In this document: one piece after another, positions 21,076 to 30,834 of the stretch | How positions within the stretch are numbered: the first letter of the stretch is position 1 | Layout of the letters: the number at the start of each line of letters is the position of its first letter | From: Thermoplasmatota archaeon | Lineage (GTDB): Archaea > Thermoplasmatota > Thermoplasmata > UBA10834 | NCBI GenBank assembly: GCA_040751795.1 | Contig: JBFMHR010000005.1 | Location: forward strand, 160,001-224,000 | DNA length: 64,000 nucleotides | Direction: 5' to 3' | Program-made: the position numbers and the translations under genes | Notes under the pieces: generated by a model | Database searches by the model: none | Seen by the model: only the letters and a program-made list of their open reading frames with translations | Told to the model about the DNA's origin: nothing

Positions 21076-22182
21076 TCAGGAGTTCTCAGGGCATCCATGA
21101 TGGAGTGCGTTGAACTTCGATTCGGGATACCTCTCAATGAATTCTATCATGAACTGAGTCAAGTCCACTTTGTCTCTCAGGAGAACCTGTCTCTTTCTTT
21201 CCCATTCTCTCTTCACGTCATCAATCTCAGCCAGTTGAATCGCTTTTGAAATTGCATCCGAAGAGTTGCTGAAGCTGTATATCATGTCATATTTCCTTTG
21301 CAGTTCAATGAAATTTCCCATGTCGCCATCCCCAACGAACCCGTTGAACCTTACAGCGGGTGTCCCCAAGACAGCAGCTTCAGTTACGATTGTCTGCGTA
21401 TCCGCTACCACAAGCGATGCGTGTGCAATCAAATCGTGTATCTTGGACTTCGGCAAACGGATTGCGAGTTTCTCGAGATCTGCTGGCAGTGGTGTTTCGG
21501 AAGAAACGAACACCCTCATTCGCTGACCGAGCGTTTCTGCGAGTCTTCGTTTCTCAGCAATGGAGAACCCCGTAATCCCAAGATCATGAATCGCCTTGAA
21601 TCCATTGAATCGCAGGATTCCGTATCTTTCTCCGGGACTGATTCCGATTGAGTGAAGGATAGATGTATCAGGACTGAAATGGTTTGGATGGAGGTATGCT
21701 AGCTCTTTGTAGGTATCCACTCTGACATGATTCTTCCCGAGGTCTGCTCTGAAGCAAGATGGGGTAAGAATCGCATCAGAAGTCAATTTCATCACCAATA
21801 ATTGAGCGGGGATGGGTTCGGAATCATTGAAGAGTATCCCGGACGCTTTCATCAGCCACGAAACGACTGCGCTGTCCGCTCCTGAGCCTATCACAACATC
21901 TGGCTTGTAGGGCCTCAGAATCTTGCACATTCCGTAAAGGTGATTTGGCACCGAAGCAATCTTTGAGAACTTCCGGCCGTCACCATCAGCGAACACCCTT
22001 GCGTCGAGCGCAAACTCAGATAGCAATTCTAGGGTGTCTCCATAACGCCTTGCGAGGATGAGGACTTCATGGCCATCCTTCTGCAATCCGTCAATGATGT
22101 TCCTGAATAGGTGCACTTGAGCAGGAGTGTTGAGTACCACAGCTATTTTCGTGAACTCACCTACTGAGTTTCTTACCCTCAT
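21076..22182 (-). CDS. DUF354 family protein (GT-B-like)
   Basis: TPAQVHLFRNII, KELAYLHP, AIHDLG, EAAVLGTPA. Confidence 0.8.
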   Translation of the reverse strand: MRVRNSVGEFTKIAVVLNTPAQVHLFRNIIDGLQKDGHEVLILARRYGDTLELLSEFALDARVFADGDGRKFSKIASVPNHLYGMCKILRPYKPDVVIGSGADSAVVSWLMKASGILFNDSEPIPAQLLVMKLTSDAILTPSCFRADLGKNHVRVDTYKELAYLHPNHFSPDTSILHSIGISPGERYGILRFNGFKAIHDLGITGFSIAEKRRLAETLGQRMRVFVSSETPLPADLEKLAIRLPKSKIHDLIAHASLVVADTQTIVTEAAVLGTPAVRFNGFVGDGDMGNFIELQRKYDMIYSFSNSSDAISKAIQLAEIDDVKREWERKRQVLLRDKVDLTQFMIEFIERYPESKFNALHHGCPENS

Positions 22183-22388
22183 TGTCGCAGCTTGTTACTC
22201 AAGACCAGATTCGGAAGCTACCAGTTCCTCCAATGACTCCTGAGACGTCCCCCAAACGAGAGTTTCACATAAATATATTTATCCATATGCCGGTCAGCAT
22301 AGATTGAATACCTACCCTCAAGAGAGCATATTCTGATTATGAGGATTCGATGTCATGATGGTGTACCGCACAAACGCTAGCGTGAGGA

Positions 22389-24014
22389 TTGACTTTGTGG
22401 AGACCTAGTGAGCGCTTCGCAGGATTATCCATTCTCATCGCGATTCTACTATCAGCTCTATCCGTGAGACTCATACCTTTGATTTTCTCTCCCCTGCCAT
22501 ACAACATTGATGGACTCAGCGAACTGCGGGTGACGGAGGATATCTTGACGACAGGCAAGATGCAGTTTCAGGATCTCGCATCCCACTCACAGACTTACGT
22601 CTCAGATTTGCCGCTTCTGGGACTCTTGACTGCCTTCTTGTCATCGGCTCTTGGCGTCGAAGTTCTGATGACTGTATTCCCGCTGACATCCTTTCTCGGA
22701 ACACTTGCCGTCATGATTGTTGGAGTCTCGATTCTCAGACATGGAGCCGGGCCCCGGGCTTATTCCGTGTCTTCCCTAGTTCTCGTTCTTCTTGGTTCAT
22801 TTGCCTTTAGTGCTGGCTGCACTTGGAAGGAGACTCTTGGGATATTCCTTCTAGGGATTGTCCTCCTCTCGTTCCCTTCGAGAAGCGAATGGAGATATCG
22901 AATCCTTCTCGGTTCATCCCTGGCAATGCTGGTATTCACACACCATCATTCGGCCGTGGTTACCTTCGTAATCACGACTTTCGCAGTTGCCATATGCGCA
23001 TACAATCATAGGAGGGACAACGAGTACAGATCCGTCCTCTTCGTGGATGTGTCAATGCTTTGTCTCGTGTGGATGTCTGCAGTAGCCTACTACTCCGCCA
23101 TCTCTCTGCCCTACCTTAGCCACCTTACTCCCGATGCTGATCTATTCTTGTACTTGGCGGTTGCCTTCCTTGTTCTCCTGATTGGCTTCCGTATGTCGGG
23201 GCGGATGTACCTCGTGTCCAGGTATCCCTTCGGGGTGATTGTCCCTGCTCTGGGAGCGTCCTTCCTTCTCTACAATCTCCATGATCCAATCTTCCCAGGT
23301 ATACCCGCCCCTTCGATATCGGTCATGGTGCCCTTCATAGCTTACATCCTCCTGGTCATACCAGCATGGTACGGCTCCGAACTCCTCCTCGGACCAAGGG
23401 GACCCTCCAAGAATCTGCTCCTCGCGATGCTCCTGGGCCCCATCTCACTGATCATGTTCGCCTTCCTGAGGTCGAACGACTCCACATCGTACCTGATCGT
23501 CTTCCGGACGTTCGACTTCCTCATGATCCCCTTCGCGCTCCTCGTTGGCGCAGGCTTCGCCTTCCTCGTCAAGGGCAGGGAGCGCCTCGGCGTCCTCGCC
23601 GGCATCTCCCTGGTCGTCATATGCGCATCGACTCTCCCCGTAGCCTACAACACCCAGGAGCTCTTCGGCGTCCAGAACCACACCTTCGAGTACGAGTACG
23701 ACGCCGTCCAGTGGTTCTCCGTGAGCGGCATAGACAACTACACCTCCGACCAGAGGCTCGGGGAGACCGGCTGGAGGCTCTTCGACATCGACTTCGCGAG
23801 GGGCCTCCCCTACGACCTACGGGAGGGCATCGCCCTCGAGCCCGGCACGTTCTACGTGCTCGAGGAGAGCTGGATCTCCGACGGCGCCCAGGAGTTCCCG
23901 TTCGGGGTCGTCGTCGTGGAGCCCGACAGGATCCTCTCCGTCCTCGAATCGTCCAGCGTGGCCTACGTCGGAGGGCCGGCGGAGGACCAGCTGTTGTGCT
24001 TCAGCGTCCCGTGA
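22389..24014 (+). CDS. Polytopic membrane protein (GT-C-like)
   Basis: About 13 TM segments, PYNIDGLSE loop, LVFTHHHS, RTFDFL; soluble C-terminal domain. Confidence 0.7.
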   Translation: MTLWRPSERFAGLSILIAILLSALSVRLIPLIFSPLPYNIDGLSELRVTEDILTTGKMQFQDLASHSQTYVSDLPLLGLLTAFLSSALGVEVLMTVFPLTSFLGTLAVMIVGVSILRHGAGPRAYSVSSLVLVLLGSFAFSAGCTWKETLGIFLLGIVLLSFPSRSEWRYRILLGSSLAMLVFTHHHSAVVTFVITTFAVAICAYNHRRDNEYRSVLFVDVSMLCLVWMSAVAYYSAISLPYLSHLTPDADLFLYLAVAFLVLLIGFRMSGRMYLVSRYPFGVIVPALGASFLLYNLHDPIFPGIPAPSISVMVPFIAYILLVIPAWYGSELLLGPRGPSKNLLLAMLLGPISLIMFAFLRSNDSTSYLIVFRTFDFLMIPFALLVGAGFAFLVKGRERLGVLAGISLVVICASTLPVAYNTQELFGVQNHTFEYEYDAVQWFSVSGIDNYTSDQRLGETGWRLFDIDFARGLPYDLREGIALEPGTFYVLEESWISDGAQEFPFGVVVVEPDRILSVLESSSVAYVGGPAEDQLLCFSVP

Positions 24015-24024
24015 GCAGTCATCT

Positions 24025-24075
24025 GTAATAATTGTACACTAATGAACGAGAAACTACTTTATAGTACATTATTGT
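24025..24075 (+). promoter_or_regulatory. trp operon promoter with candidate TRP-box operators
   Basis: GAGAAA...TTTATA (24058-24063), flanked by TGTACA (24033-24038) and AGTACA (24063-24068). Confidence 0.55.
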
Positions 24076-24130
24076 TATGGCAGTCCCGCGATGACGAGAA
24101 GGGATCCATTTTGGCCCCGCCGGAGAAGGC

Positions 24131-25519
24131 ATGTCGCCTGAGCCCCCAGGGCGCTCCCTCACCACCGCCGTCGCGATGGAGAGGGACTTCCGCCTGGACC
24201 CCCTCTCCACCTACGCGTCCCTCAGGGACCAGTTCCCCGGGGAGAGCTTCCTCCTGGAGTCCGTCGAGGGCACGAAGAAGACCGCCCGCTACTCCTTCAT
24301 AGGCGTCGACCCGGTGCACACGTTCAGGTGCAGCGGCGGGGAGGTCATATCCGACGGCGAACGCCACAGGTCGGAGAACCCCTTCGAGTCGCTCCGCGCC
24401 CGCTTCAGGTCATTCGACTGCGGGACCTCCGACCTTGCCCCCTTCTCCGGGGGCATGGTCGGCTACGTCGGCTACGGGACCGTCAGGTACTTCGAGCCGG
24501 TCGACGGCCCCTCGGTCGGCCGGAGCAGGTTCCCGGACATCTACTTCGTCATACCCAGGCACCTCGTGTGCTTCGACCACCTCAACTCCCGCGTCGTGCT
24601 GATATCCCACGGCAAGGTCTCGGAGCTCAGGGCCGCCCTCTCGGGGGCGAGGCCCCGGGAGCCCTCGGAGGTCTCGGTGGGCGAGGCCGTGCAGGACACG
24701 TCCAGGGACGAGTTCGAGGGCATGGTCTCTCGCGCCAAGGAGCACATCCTGGACGGCGACGTCTTCCAGGCTGTCCTGTCCAGGAGGACGGACTTCGGTT
24801 TCGAGGGCGACACGCTGGAGATGTACCGCGCCCTCCGCGGGATGAACCCGTCCCCGTACCTCTTCCACCTCGACTTCGACGGCGTACAGCTCCTGGGCTC
24901 GTCCCCGGAGATGCTCGTCAGGCTAGAGGGCACGAGGCTCACGACCCGCCCCCTCGCCGGCACCCGGCCACGCTCCCCGGACCCGGAGGAGGACGAGAAG
25001 CTCAAGCTCGAGATGCTGCTGGACGAGAAGGAGCGCGCCGAGCACCTGATGCTGGTGGACCTGCACAGGAACGACATGGGGAGGGTCTCCAGGTTCGGCT
25101 CGGTGAAGGTCAACGAGCTGATGGCCGTGGAGAAGTACTCGCACGTCCAGCACATTGTGAGCAACGTCGAGAGCGAGATCCGGCCGGACATGGACGGCTT
25201 CGACGCGCTCAGGTCCTGCTTCCCCGCGGGGACCGTCTCGGGGGCCCCCAAGGTCCGCGCGATGCAGGTGATATCGGAGCTCGAGCGGTCGCCCAGGGGA
25301 CCGTACGCCGGAGCGGTCGGCTACTTCGACTTCACGGGGGACATGGACTTCGCCATCACCATACGCTCGATATCGGTCTCCGACGGCCGCGCGAGCATCC
25401 AGTCCGGCGCGGGGATCGTAGCGGACTCCGTCCCTGAGAGGGAGTTCGCCGAGACGGAGCACAAGATGCGCGCGATGGTCGAGGCGATACGGTCGATATC
25501 CGGGGGCGGGAGGGCATGA
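24131..25519 (+). CDS. trpE: Anthranilate synthase component I
   Basis: SFLLES, ARYSFIG, GDVFQAVLS, NPSPY, GSSPEMLV, PLAGTR, KERAEHLMLVDL.RND, PAGTVSGAPK, RGPYAG. Confidence 0.96.
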   Translation: MSPEPPGRSLTTAVAMERDFRLDPLSTYASLRDQFPGESFLLESVEGTKKTARYSFIGVDPVHTFRCSGGEVISDGERHRSENPFESLRARFRSFDCGTSDLAPFSGGMVGYVGYGTVRYFEPVDGPSVGRSRFPDIYFVIPRHLVCFDHLNSRVVLISHGKVSELRAALSGARPREPSEVSVGEAVQDTSRDEFEGMVSRAKEHILDGDVFQAVLSRRTDFGFEGDTLEMYRALRGMNPSPYLFHLDFDGVQLLGSSPEMLVRLEGTRLTTRPLAGTRPRSPDPEEDEKLKLEMLLDEKERAEHLMLVDLHRNDMGRVSRFGSVKVNELMAVEKYSHVQHIVSNVESEIRPDMDGFDALRSCFPAGTVSGAPKVRAMQVISELERSPRGPYAGAVGYFDFTGDMDFAITIRSISVSDGRASIQSGAGIVADSVPEREFAETEHKMRAMVEAIRSISGGGRA

Positions 25520-26091
25520 CCAGGATACTCATCATAGACAACTACGACTCGTTCGTCTACAACATAGCGCAGTACCTCGGGGAGCTGGGCGCGGAGGTGG
25601 TCGTCGAGAGGAACGACTCGCAGGGCCTGGACGCCCACATCGGCTCAGTCGACGGCTACGTCATATCCCCCGGGCCGGGCCACCCCAGGGAGGCGAACAG
25701 GAGCCTCGAGGTCATCGCGGACGGCGGCCACGGGAGGCCTGTGCTCGGCGTGTGCCTCGGCCACCAGGCGATCGCCCACGTTCACGGCGGCTCCGTCGTG
25801 AGGGCGTCCCGCGTGGTGCACGGGAAGCTCAGCGCGATACGGCACGTCGAGGACCCCATCTTCGCGGGCGTCCCGGAGATGTTCTCCGCCACGAGGTACC
25901 ACTCCCTCCTGGTGTCCAGGGAGGACCTGCCCGACGACATCGAGGTGCTCGCGGAGACCGACGCCGGCGAGGTCATGGCCCTCCGGGTCAGGGGCAGGCC
26001 GGTGTACGGGCTGCAGTTCCATCCGGAGTCGGTCATGACGTCCCACGGGAGGACGATGCTCTCCAACTTCCTGGGGATGTGCGCCCGATGA
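25516..26091 (+). CDS. trpG: Anthranilate synthase component II (glutamine amidotransferase)
   Basis: IDNYDSFVYN, ISPGPGHP, GVCLGHQ, TRYHSL, QFHPES; ATGA overlap with trpE. Confidence 0.96.
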   Translation: MTRILIIDNYDSFVYNIAQYLGELGAEVVVERNDSQGLDAHIGSVDGYVISPGPGHPREANRSLEVIADGGHGRPVLGVCLGHQAIAHVHGGSVVRASRVVHGKLSAIRHVEDPIFAGVPEMFSATRYHSLLVSREDLPDDIEVLAETDAGEVMALRVRGRPVYGLQFHPESVMTSHGRTMLSNFLGMCAR

Positions 26092-28046
26092 TACGCGAGG
26101 CGATCGCCGCGGCGGTGGAACGGAAGGACCTCGACACCGCGCAGGCCAGAGCAGTCATGACGGAGATCATGTCCGGCTCCGCCACACCGAGCCAGATCGC
26201 CGCGTTCATCACCGCCTGCAGGATGAAGGGCGAGACCGTGGACGAGCTCACGGGCTTCGCCCTCGCCATGAGGGAGGGCTGCGCCAAGGTCACAGCCCCG
26301 CCCAACGCGGTCGACCTCTGCGGCACCGGCGGCGACGGCTGCGGCACGTTCAATATCAGCACGGTCGCGTCGTTCATAGTCGCCTCGTGCGGGGTGCCCG
26401 TGGCGAAGCACGGCAACAGGTCCGTGTCCAGCATGTCCGGCTCGGCAGACCTCCTCGACGCGTTGGGGGTGCCACACGACCTGGACCCCGCCTCTGTCCA
26501 GGCGTGCATGGACGCGACCGGCTTCGGCTTCATGTTCGCGCCGGTCTTCCACCCGTCGATGAGGAACGTCGCCGGGCCGAGGAGGGAGGTCGGCATACGC
26601 TCGCTCTTCAACGTGCTCGGGCCGCTCGCGAACCCCGCGGGGGTGAGGAACCAGCTGATGGGGGTGTACGACCCTGACATCGCGGCGAAGGCCGTCGCGG
26701 TCCTGTCCAGGCTCGGGGTCGAGAGGGCGCTCGTGGTCAGCGGCTCCGGCACGGACGAGATATCCAACTGTGGGCCGACCCAGGTGTCCGAGCTGATGGA
26801 CGGGGGGGTCAGCAGGTACGAGCTGTCGCCGTCGGACTTCGGCCTGGGGACGGCGGAGCCGCACGAGCTCGCCGTCGGCTCGGCCATGGACAGCGCCAGG
26901 GTGACCATGTCCGTCCTCAGGGGGCGCGGGTCCCCGTGCCTCGACGCGGCGGTCATGAACGCCGCCGCCGGCGTCTACGTCTCCGGGGCGGCGCGCGACC
27001 TCGACGAAGGTCTCTCGATGGCGATCGGAGCCGTCCGGTCTGGAAGGGCCCTGGAGAAGCTGAGGCAGGTCTCCGGGTTCGCGAGGGCGGAGGAGGTCAA
27101 GAGGCAGATGGCGATGCAGGCGTCGGCGCTCCGCTCGAGGAGGGTGCTCCCCGCCGCGCTCAAGGCCAGGGCGTCGGAGCTGACCTCCGCCCTGGTCGAG
27201 GACGTCGGGACCTTGGAGGGCGGGACGGAGGGCCTCGGGGCGCTGGAGCCCAGGTTGGTCTCGGCGCCGAGCGTCCTCTCGGTCATCACCCTATCGAGGC
27301 TGTGCGGGGTGCTGTCCGGCGACGGGACGCCCGCGCGGACCTCGCGAAGGGGCGCCGTCTCGTTCGCCCGGTCGCTCTCATGCCCCGGTGTCTCGGTCAT
27401 CGGGGAGTACAAGCCGCGGTCCCCGTCATCCGACGGCCTGTACGTCCCGCCGGACCCGGCGGCCGTGGCCGAGGCATATGGCCAGGCAGGCGTGTCCGCG
27501 GTGTCCGTCCTCGTCGAGGACCGGTTCTTCGGCGGGTCGCCGGGGCTGTTCTCCCTCATCCGCGAGAGGACCCAGCTCCCGATGCTCTTCAAGGACTTCG
27601 TGGTGACGGAGGAGCAGCTCGACATGGCCGGGTCGCTGGGGGCGGACGCCGTCCTCCTGATCGCCGGGTCGCTGCGCCAGGAGGCCCTGGACGGCCTCAT
27701 CGAGTCGTCCCTGCGGAGGCGGGTCGAGCCCATGGTCGAGGTGCACGACATAGAGGACGTGAGGAAGCTGGAGTCGTGCAGAAACTTCGAGCGGGTCAGG
27801 GTCGTGGGCGTCAACTCGAGGGACCTGAGGACCCTGAGGACCGACGCCTCCGGTCTGGACTGGCTCCGGGAGAGCCTGCCCTCGGACGCCCTCGTCGTCG
27901 CCGAGAGCGGCATACGGGACGGCGGGGACGTGCGGTCCATGAAGGGGTTCGACGCGGTGCTCGTCGGCTCCGCCCTCATGGAGTCGGAGGACATCCTGAG
28001 GAAGGCCGAGGAGCTCGTGTCGGCGGGAAGGGGCGTGTCATCGTGA
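26088..28046 (+). CDS. trpD: Bifunctional anthranilate phosphoribosyltransferase / indole-3-glycerol-phosphate synthase (TrpD-TrpC fusion)
   Basis: N-half has [23 protein letters not shown]-half has [33 protein letters not shown]. One open frame; ATG 26088 overlaps the trpG stop. Confidence 0.93.
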   Translation: MIREAIAAAVERKDLDTAQARAVMTEIMSGSATPSQIAAFITACRMKGETVDELTGFALAMREGCAKVTAPPNAVDLCGTGGDGCGTFNISTVASFIVASCGVPVAKHGNRSVSSMSGSADLLDALGVPHDLDPASVQACMDATGFGFMFAPVFHPSMRNVAGPRREVGIRSLFNVLGPLANPAGVRNQLMGVYDPDIAAKAVAVLSRLGVERALVVSGSGTDEISNCGPTQVSELMDGGVSRYELSPSDFGLGTAEPHELAVGSAMDSARVTMSVLRGRGSPCLDAAVMNAAAGVYVSGAARDLDEGLSMAIGAVRSGRALEKLRQVSGFARAEEVKRQMAMQASALRSRRVLPAALKARASELTSALVEDVGTLEGGTEGLGALEPRLVSAPSVLSVITLSRLCGVLSGDGTPARTSRRGAVSFARSLSCPGVSVIGEYKPRSPSSDGLYVPPDPAAVAEAYGQAGVSAVSVLVEDRFFGGSPGLFSLIRERTQLPMLFKDFVVTEEQLDMAGSLGADAVLLIAGSLRQEALDGLIESSLRRRVEPMVEVHDIEDVRKLESCRNFERVRVVGVNSRDLRTLRTDASGLDWLRESLPSDALVVAESGIRDGGDVRSMKGFDAVLVGSALMESEDILRKAEELVSAGRGVSS

Positions 28047-28630
28047 AGGTCAAGGTCTGCGGCATCACCAGCCTGGAGGACGCCGCCATGTGCGAGGAGC
28101 TGGGGGCGGACGCCATCGGGTTCGTCCATGTCAGCGGCAGGAAGAGGAGCAGGGCCCTGGACGAGATATCGGACATGTGCGGCTCCCTCGGGCCTATGAC
28201 GACGAAGATCCTGGTCTGCAGGCCACGGGACCACCACGAGGCCGAGCGCATGTTCGCGGCGAGCGGCGCCGACGTCCTGCAGCTCCACTCGCTCGAGCCG
28301 ATGTCCCTCGACGCGCTCAGGCTCGACGGCATACCCGTCATACGCGCAGTCCTTCCGAGCCCCGCCGCCGCATCGAAATACGCGCCTCACGCCAACATCC
28401 TGCTCTTCGAGAAGTCCTCTCCAGGCACCGGTTCGAGCTACGACTACTCCACCGTTCCGGTGAAATCGTGCGAGAGGTGCATCATCGCGGGCGGGCTGAA
28501 CAGCAGGAACGTGGGCGAGGCGCTCAGGATGAGGCCCTACGCGCTAGACGTCTCATCGGGGGTGGAGAGCTCGTTCGGGCGCAAGGACCCGGAGCTCGTG
28601 TCGGAGTTCATCAGGAGGTGCAAGGCGTGA
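28043..28630 (+). CDS. trpF: Phosphoribosylanthranilate isomerase
   Basis: [38 protein letters not shown]; GTGA overlap. Confidence 0.95.
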   Translation: MKVKVCGITSLEDAAMCEELGADAIGFVHVSGRKRSRALDEISDMCGSLGPMTTKILVCRPRDHHEAERMFAASGADVLQLHSLEPMSLDALRLDGIPVIRAVLPSPAAASKYAPHANILLFEKSSPGTGSSYDYSTVPVKSCERCIIAGGLNSRNVGEALRMRPYALDVSSGVESSFGRKDPELVSEFIRRCKA

Positions 28631-29805
28631 GCGGGGACGGGTACTTCGGCGAGTACGGGGGCTTCTACGTCCCCGAGATACTGGTCAAGGCTCTCAGGGA
28701 GCTCGAGCGCGGGTACAGCGCCATGTCGGCGGACCCGGGCTTCCAGGAGGAGCTCGGGGGGCTGCTCCGGGATTACGCGGGCAGGCCGACCCCGCTGTAC
28801 CTCGCGAGGAGGCTCACCGACCACGCGGGCGGGGCGAGGATCTACCTGAAGAGGGAGGACCTCGCGCACACGGGCTCGCACAAGATCAACAACGCGCTTG
28901 GGCAGGCCCTCCTCGCGAAGAGGATGGGCAGGACCAGGGTCATCGCGGAGACGGGAGCGGGCCAGCACGGGGTGGCGACCGCGACCGCTTGCGCCCTCAT
29001 GGGCCTGCGGTGCGAGGTGTACATGGGCGAGACGGACGTCCAGCGGCAGAGGCTGAACTGCTTCAGGATGGAGTTGCTGGGGGCGAAGGTCAACGTCGTG
29101 AGGTCGGGGACGAGGACCCTCAAGGACGCGATCAACGAGGCCCTGAGGGACTACGCCGCGACCAGCGACAACACCCACTACCTGATAGGCAGCGTCGTCG
29201 GCCCGCACCCGTATCCGACGCTCGTCCGGGACTTCCAGTCGGTCATAGGGCTGGAGGCCAAGGCGCAGATGTCCGAGGAGACCGGCGCGCTGCCGGACGC
29301 CCTCGTGGCCTGCGTCGGGGGCGGCAGCAACGCCATGGGCCTGTTCCACCCGTTCCTCCGAGACCAGGGCGTCCGGATGTTCGGCGCAGAGGCCGGCGGG
29401 AGGGGCCCAGGGGCAGGGGACCACTCGGCGAGCGTCGTCGGAGGAGACGACGGGGTCCTCCACGGGGCGCGCACCCTCGTGCTCCAGGACAGCGACGGGC
29501 AGATCTCGGGGACCCACTCCGTCGCTGCCGGCCTGGACTATTCGGCCGTGGGACCGGAGCACGCCCACCTCGCGAGGTCGGGCCGCGCCGAGTACCGCGC
29601 GGTCAACGACGCCGACGCCCTCTCCGCGTTCCACCTCCTCTCGTCGCTGGAGGGGATAATCCCCGCGCTGGAGAGCGCCCACGCGGTCGCCCTTGCGGTC
29701 GAGGTCGCGGCGGCGATGCCCGGCAGCTCATCAATCATAGTCAACCTGTCTGGACGTGGCGACAAGGACGTCGCGCAGGTGGCCGAGCTGGAGGGCCGGC
29801 CATGA
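28627..29805 (+). CDS. trpB: Tryptophan synthase beta chain (TrpB1)
   Basis: [66 protein letters not shown]. Confidence 0.97.
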   Translation: MSGDGYFGEYGGFYVPEILVKALRELERGYSAMSADPGFQEELGGLLRDYAGRPTPLYLARRLTDHAGGARIYLKREDLAHTGSHKINNALGQALLAKRMGRTRVIAETGAGQHGVATATACALMGLRCEVYMGETDVQRQRLNCFRMELLGAKVNVVRSGTRTLKDAINEALRDYAATSDNTHYLIGSVVGPHPYPTLVRDFQSVIGLEAKAQMSEETGALPDALVACVGGGSNAMGLFHPFLRDQGVRMFGAEAGGRGPGAGDHSASVVGGDDGVLHGARTLVLQDSDGQISGTHSVAAGLDYSAVGPEHAHLARSGRAEYRAVNDADALSAFHLLSSLEGIIPALESAHAVALAVEVAAAMPGSSSIIVNLSGRGDKDVAQVAELEGRP

Positions 29806-30611
29806 GCAGGATGGGCGCCGCGTTCGCGGAGCTGGCCAGAAGGGGCGAGGGGGCGTACATCCCGTACGTATGCATGGGCGACCCTGACAGGGACTTCACG
29901 CTCTCCCTGGCCGGCGCGCTCTTCGATTCGGGGGCGGACATCATCGAGCTGGGGGTGCCCTTCTCCGACCCGGTGGCCGACGGTCCAGTGATCCAGGGCG
30001 CGATGAACCGGTCCCTGGAGAACGGGTTCAGGGTCTCCGAGGTCTTCCGCACCGTGGAGTCAATCAGGCGCGAGGGGCACAGGCAGCCGATCGTCCTCAT
30101 GACCTATGCGAACCCGGTGATGAGGATGGGGACCAAGGAGTTCTGCTCGAGGGCCGCGCGCTCCGGCGCCGACGCGGTCCTCATGGTGGACATGCCCATC
30201 GAGGAGTCCGGCCTGTTCGACTCTCACGCGAAGGAGAACGGCCTGGACGTCATACGGTTGGCCACCCCGTCGACCGACGACGCGAGGTTGGCGGAGCTGC
30301 TCTCACGCGCCTCCGGCTTCCTGTACGCGGTCTCGGAGGCCGGGGTGACGGGTGCGCGGTCGAGGCTCCCGGAGTCGGCGACCACCCTCTTGAGGAGGGC
30401 GAGCGCTGCATCGGGCATCCCCGTCGTCCTCGGGTTCGGGATTTCAGCACCGGACCAAGTGAGGGAGGCCATAGCTGCGGGCGCGAGCGGCGTCGTCGAA
30501 GGATCCGCCCTGGTGTCGGCATATGCACCCTATCTGGATGACCGGCCCAGAGCCCTGAGGGAGGTCGCGGCACACGCGGCCGAGATGAAGGAGGCGACGC
30601 GTCGTCCGTGA
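29802..30611 (+). CDS. trpA: Tryptophan synthase alpha chain
   Basis: [45 protein letters not shown]. Confidence 0.97.
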   Translation: MSRMGAAFAELARRGEGAYIPYVCMGDPDRDFTLSLAGALFDSGADIIELGVPFSDPVADGPVIQGAMNRSLENGFRVSEVFRTVESIRREGHRQPIVLMTYANPVMRMGTKEFCSRAARSGADAVLMVDMPIEESGLFDSHAKENGLDVIRLATPSTDDARLAELLSRASGFLYAVSEAGVTGARSRLPESATTLLRRASAASGIPVVLGFGISAPDQVREAIAAGASGVVEGSALVSAYAPYLDDRPRALREVAAHAAEMKEATRRP

Positions 30612-30739
30612 GATACAGGCGAGCCGCCTAGCCAGCGTGCCCGATTGTCGGTGGACCTTCTGTACGCCCCGTTTCCTCGCTCGGCGATTCCGCTGCATCT
30701 CGGACCCGTATAAGGCCGTTATGGCCCGGTCCCGGGCTC

Positions 30740-30770
30740 ACCCTCCCCTGTTAAGGGGAGGGTATTTATA
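30740..30770 (+). promoter_or_regulatory. Perfect 10-bp inverted repeat abutting a TATA box
   Basis: ACCCTCCCCT-GTTA-AGGGGAGGGT (30740-30763) is immediately followed by ATTTATA, upstream of the 1710-aa gene. Confidence 0.6.
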
Positions 30771-30834
30771 CCAACCATCTGGATGACTTCCAGACACGCT
30801 GCCCTCCCCCGGGCAGTGGGATGGAGTCAGGAAC

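Larger units (their letters stand above)
13540..23350. other. Lower-GC glycosylation island (horizontally exchanged region)
   Basis: Visible switch from G/C-ending codons to mixed or AT-rich sequence; contents are flippase, glycosyltransferases and membrane proteins. No integrase or tRNA seen. Borders approximate. Confidence 0.8.

Noticed and set aside
24042-24130. Trp-rich attenuator leader peptide before trpE
   Set aside because: The only mini-ORF after the TATA box (24077-24094, MAVPR) has no Trp, and ORF 24042-24302 starts upstream of the TATA box.
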